DNA from: Elusimicrobiota bacterium
Lineage (GTDB): Bacteria; Elusimicrobiota; Elusimicrobia; UBA1565
Direction of reading: 5' to 3'
DNA length: 16,264 nucleotides
NCBI GenBank assembly: GCA_043819795.1
Contig: JBDREN010000112.1
Coordinates: forward strand, 1-16,264
The notes under the pieces are model-generated. The model made no database searches. It saw only the letters and a program-made list of their open reading frames with translations, and was not told where the DNA came from. This document shows, in pieces, positions 16,055 through 16,264 of this stretch (the stretch's first letter is position 1; the number at the start of each line of letters is the position of its first letter). The position numbers and the translations under genes are program-made.

Positions 16055-16071
16055 GACCGGCATCCGCGGCC

Positions 16072-16100
16072 TTGCCGAGAAGGGAAATGCCTGTTATGCT
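16072..16100 (+). promoter_or_regulatory. Sigma70 promoter downstream of the IS
   Basis: TTGCCG (16072-16077), 17 nt, TATGCT (16095-16100) with a TGn extension. Confidence 0.6.
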
Positions 16101-16116
16101 TGAGGTTGGAGGTTGA

Positions 16117-16264
16117 GTGCCGCTCACCGACAAGGCTCCGGGAAAGCTGGAACAGCGGGTTCTTACGGCCCTTAAGAACCTGCCCCCACCGCGCGAGTCG
16201 CAAGGACTCACGGTCGAACCTCAATTTATCGATGAGGATTCGCGCGTCGTAACGCTGCGCCTGC
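16117..16264 (+). CDS. 5' part of a hypothetical protein running off the window
   Basis: GGAGG (16108-16112), then GTG; open to the end: MPLTDKAPGKLEQRVLTALKNLPPPRESQGLTVEPQFIDEDSRVVTLRL. Not in the ORF track because it has no stop. Confidence 0.55.
   Translation, partial: MPLTDKAPGKLEQRVLTALKNLPPPRESQGLTVEPQFIDEDSRVVTLRL

Noticed and set aside
12240..16264. Integrative island with an att site at tRNA-His
   Set aside because: No integrase and no second copy of the tRNA 3' end seen in the window; cannot be excluded further downstream.

Overview
High-GC bacterial chromosome window. Left half (1-9013) is housekeeping: the probable rpsP 3' end, then khpA-trmD-rplS-rnhB-yraN with no rimM, and a Zn-ribbon membrane protein. 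A split two-gene transketolase is transcribed divergently from a nucleoside-salvage run (purine nucleoside phosphorylase, pyrimidine-nucleoside phosphorylase, upp), followed by asnS. The middle holds the best candidate novel system, on the minus strand: a signal-peptide TPR protein, an FNR-like Crp-family regulator (C-x2-C-x5-C), and an 81-aa peptide with three PC(I/V)(F/W)PNxC repeats. The peptide promoter carries three FNR-type boxes, one at the class II -41.5 position. The right half is an accessory zone around tRNA-His(GUG): a frameshifted BrnA/CopG-like antitoxin remnant, an intact Xre/MbcA-RES toxin-antitoxin pair with a periodic operator, and an internally deleted DUF2148-like pseudogene. 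It also contains a complete 2140-bp two-gene IS4-like element with perfect 25-bp terminal inverted repeats. Family assignments come from motif recognition by eye, not database searches.
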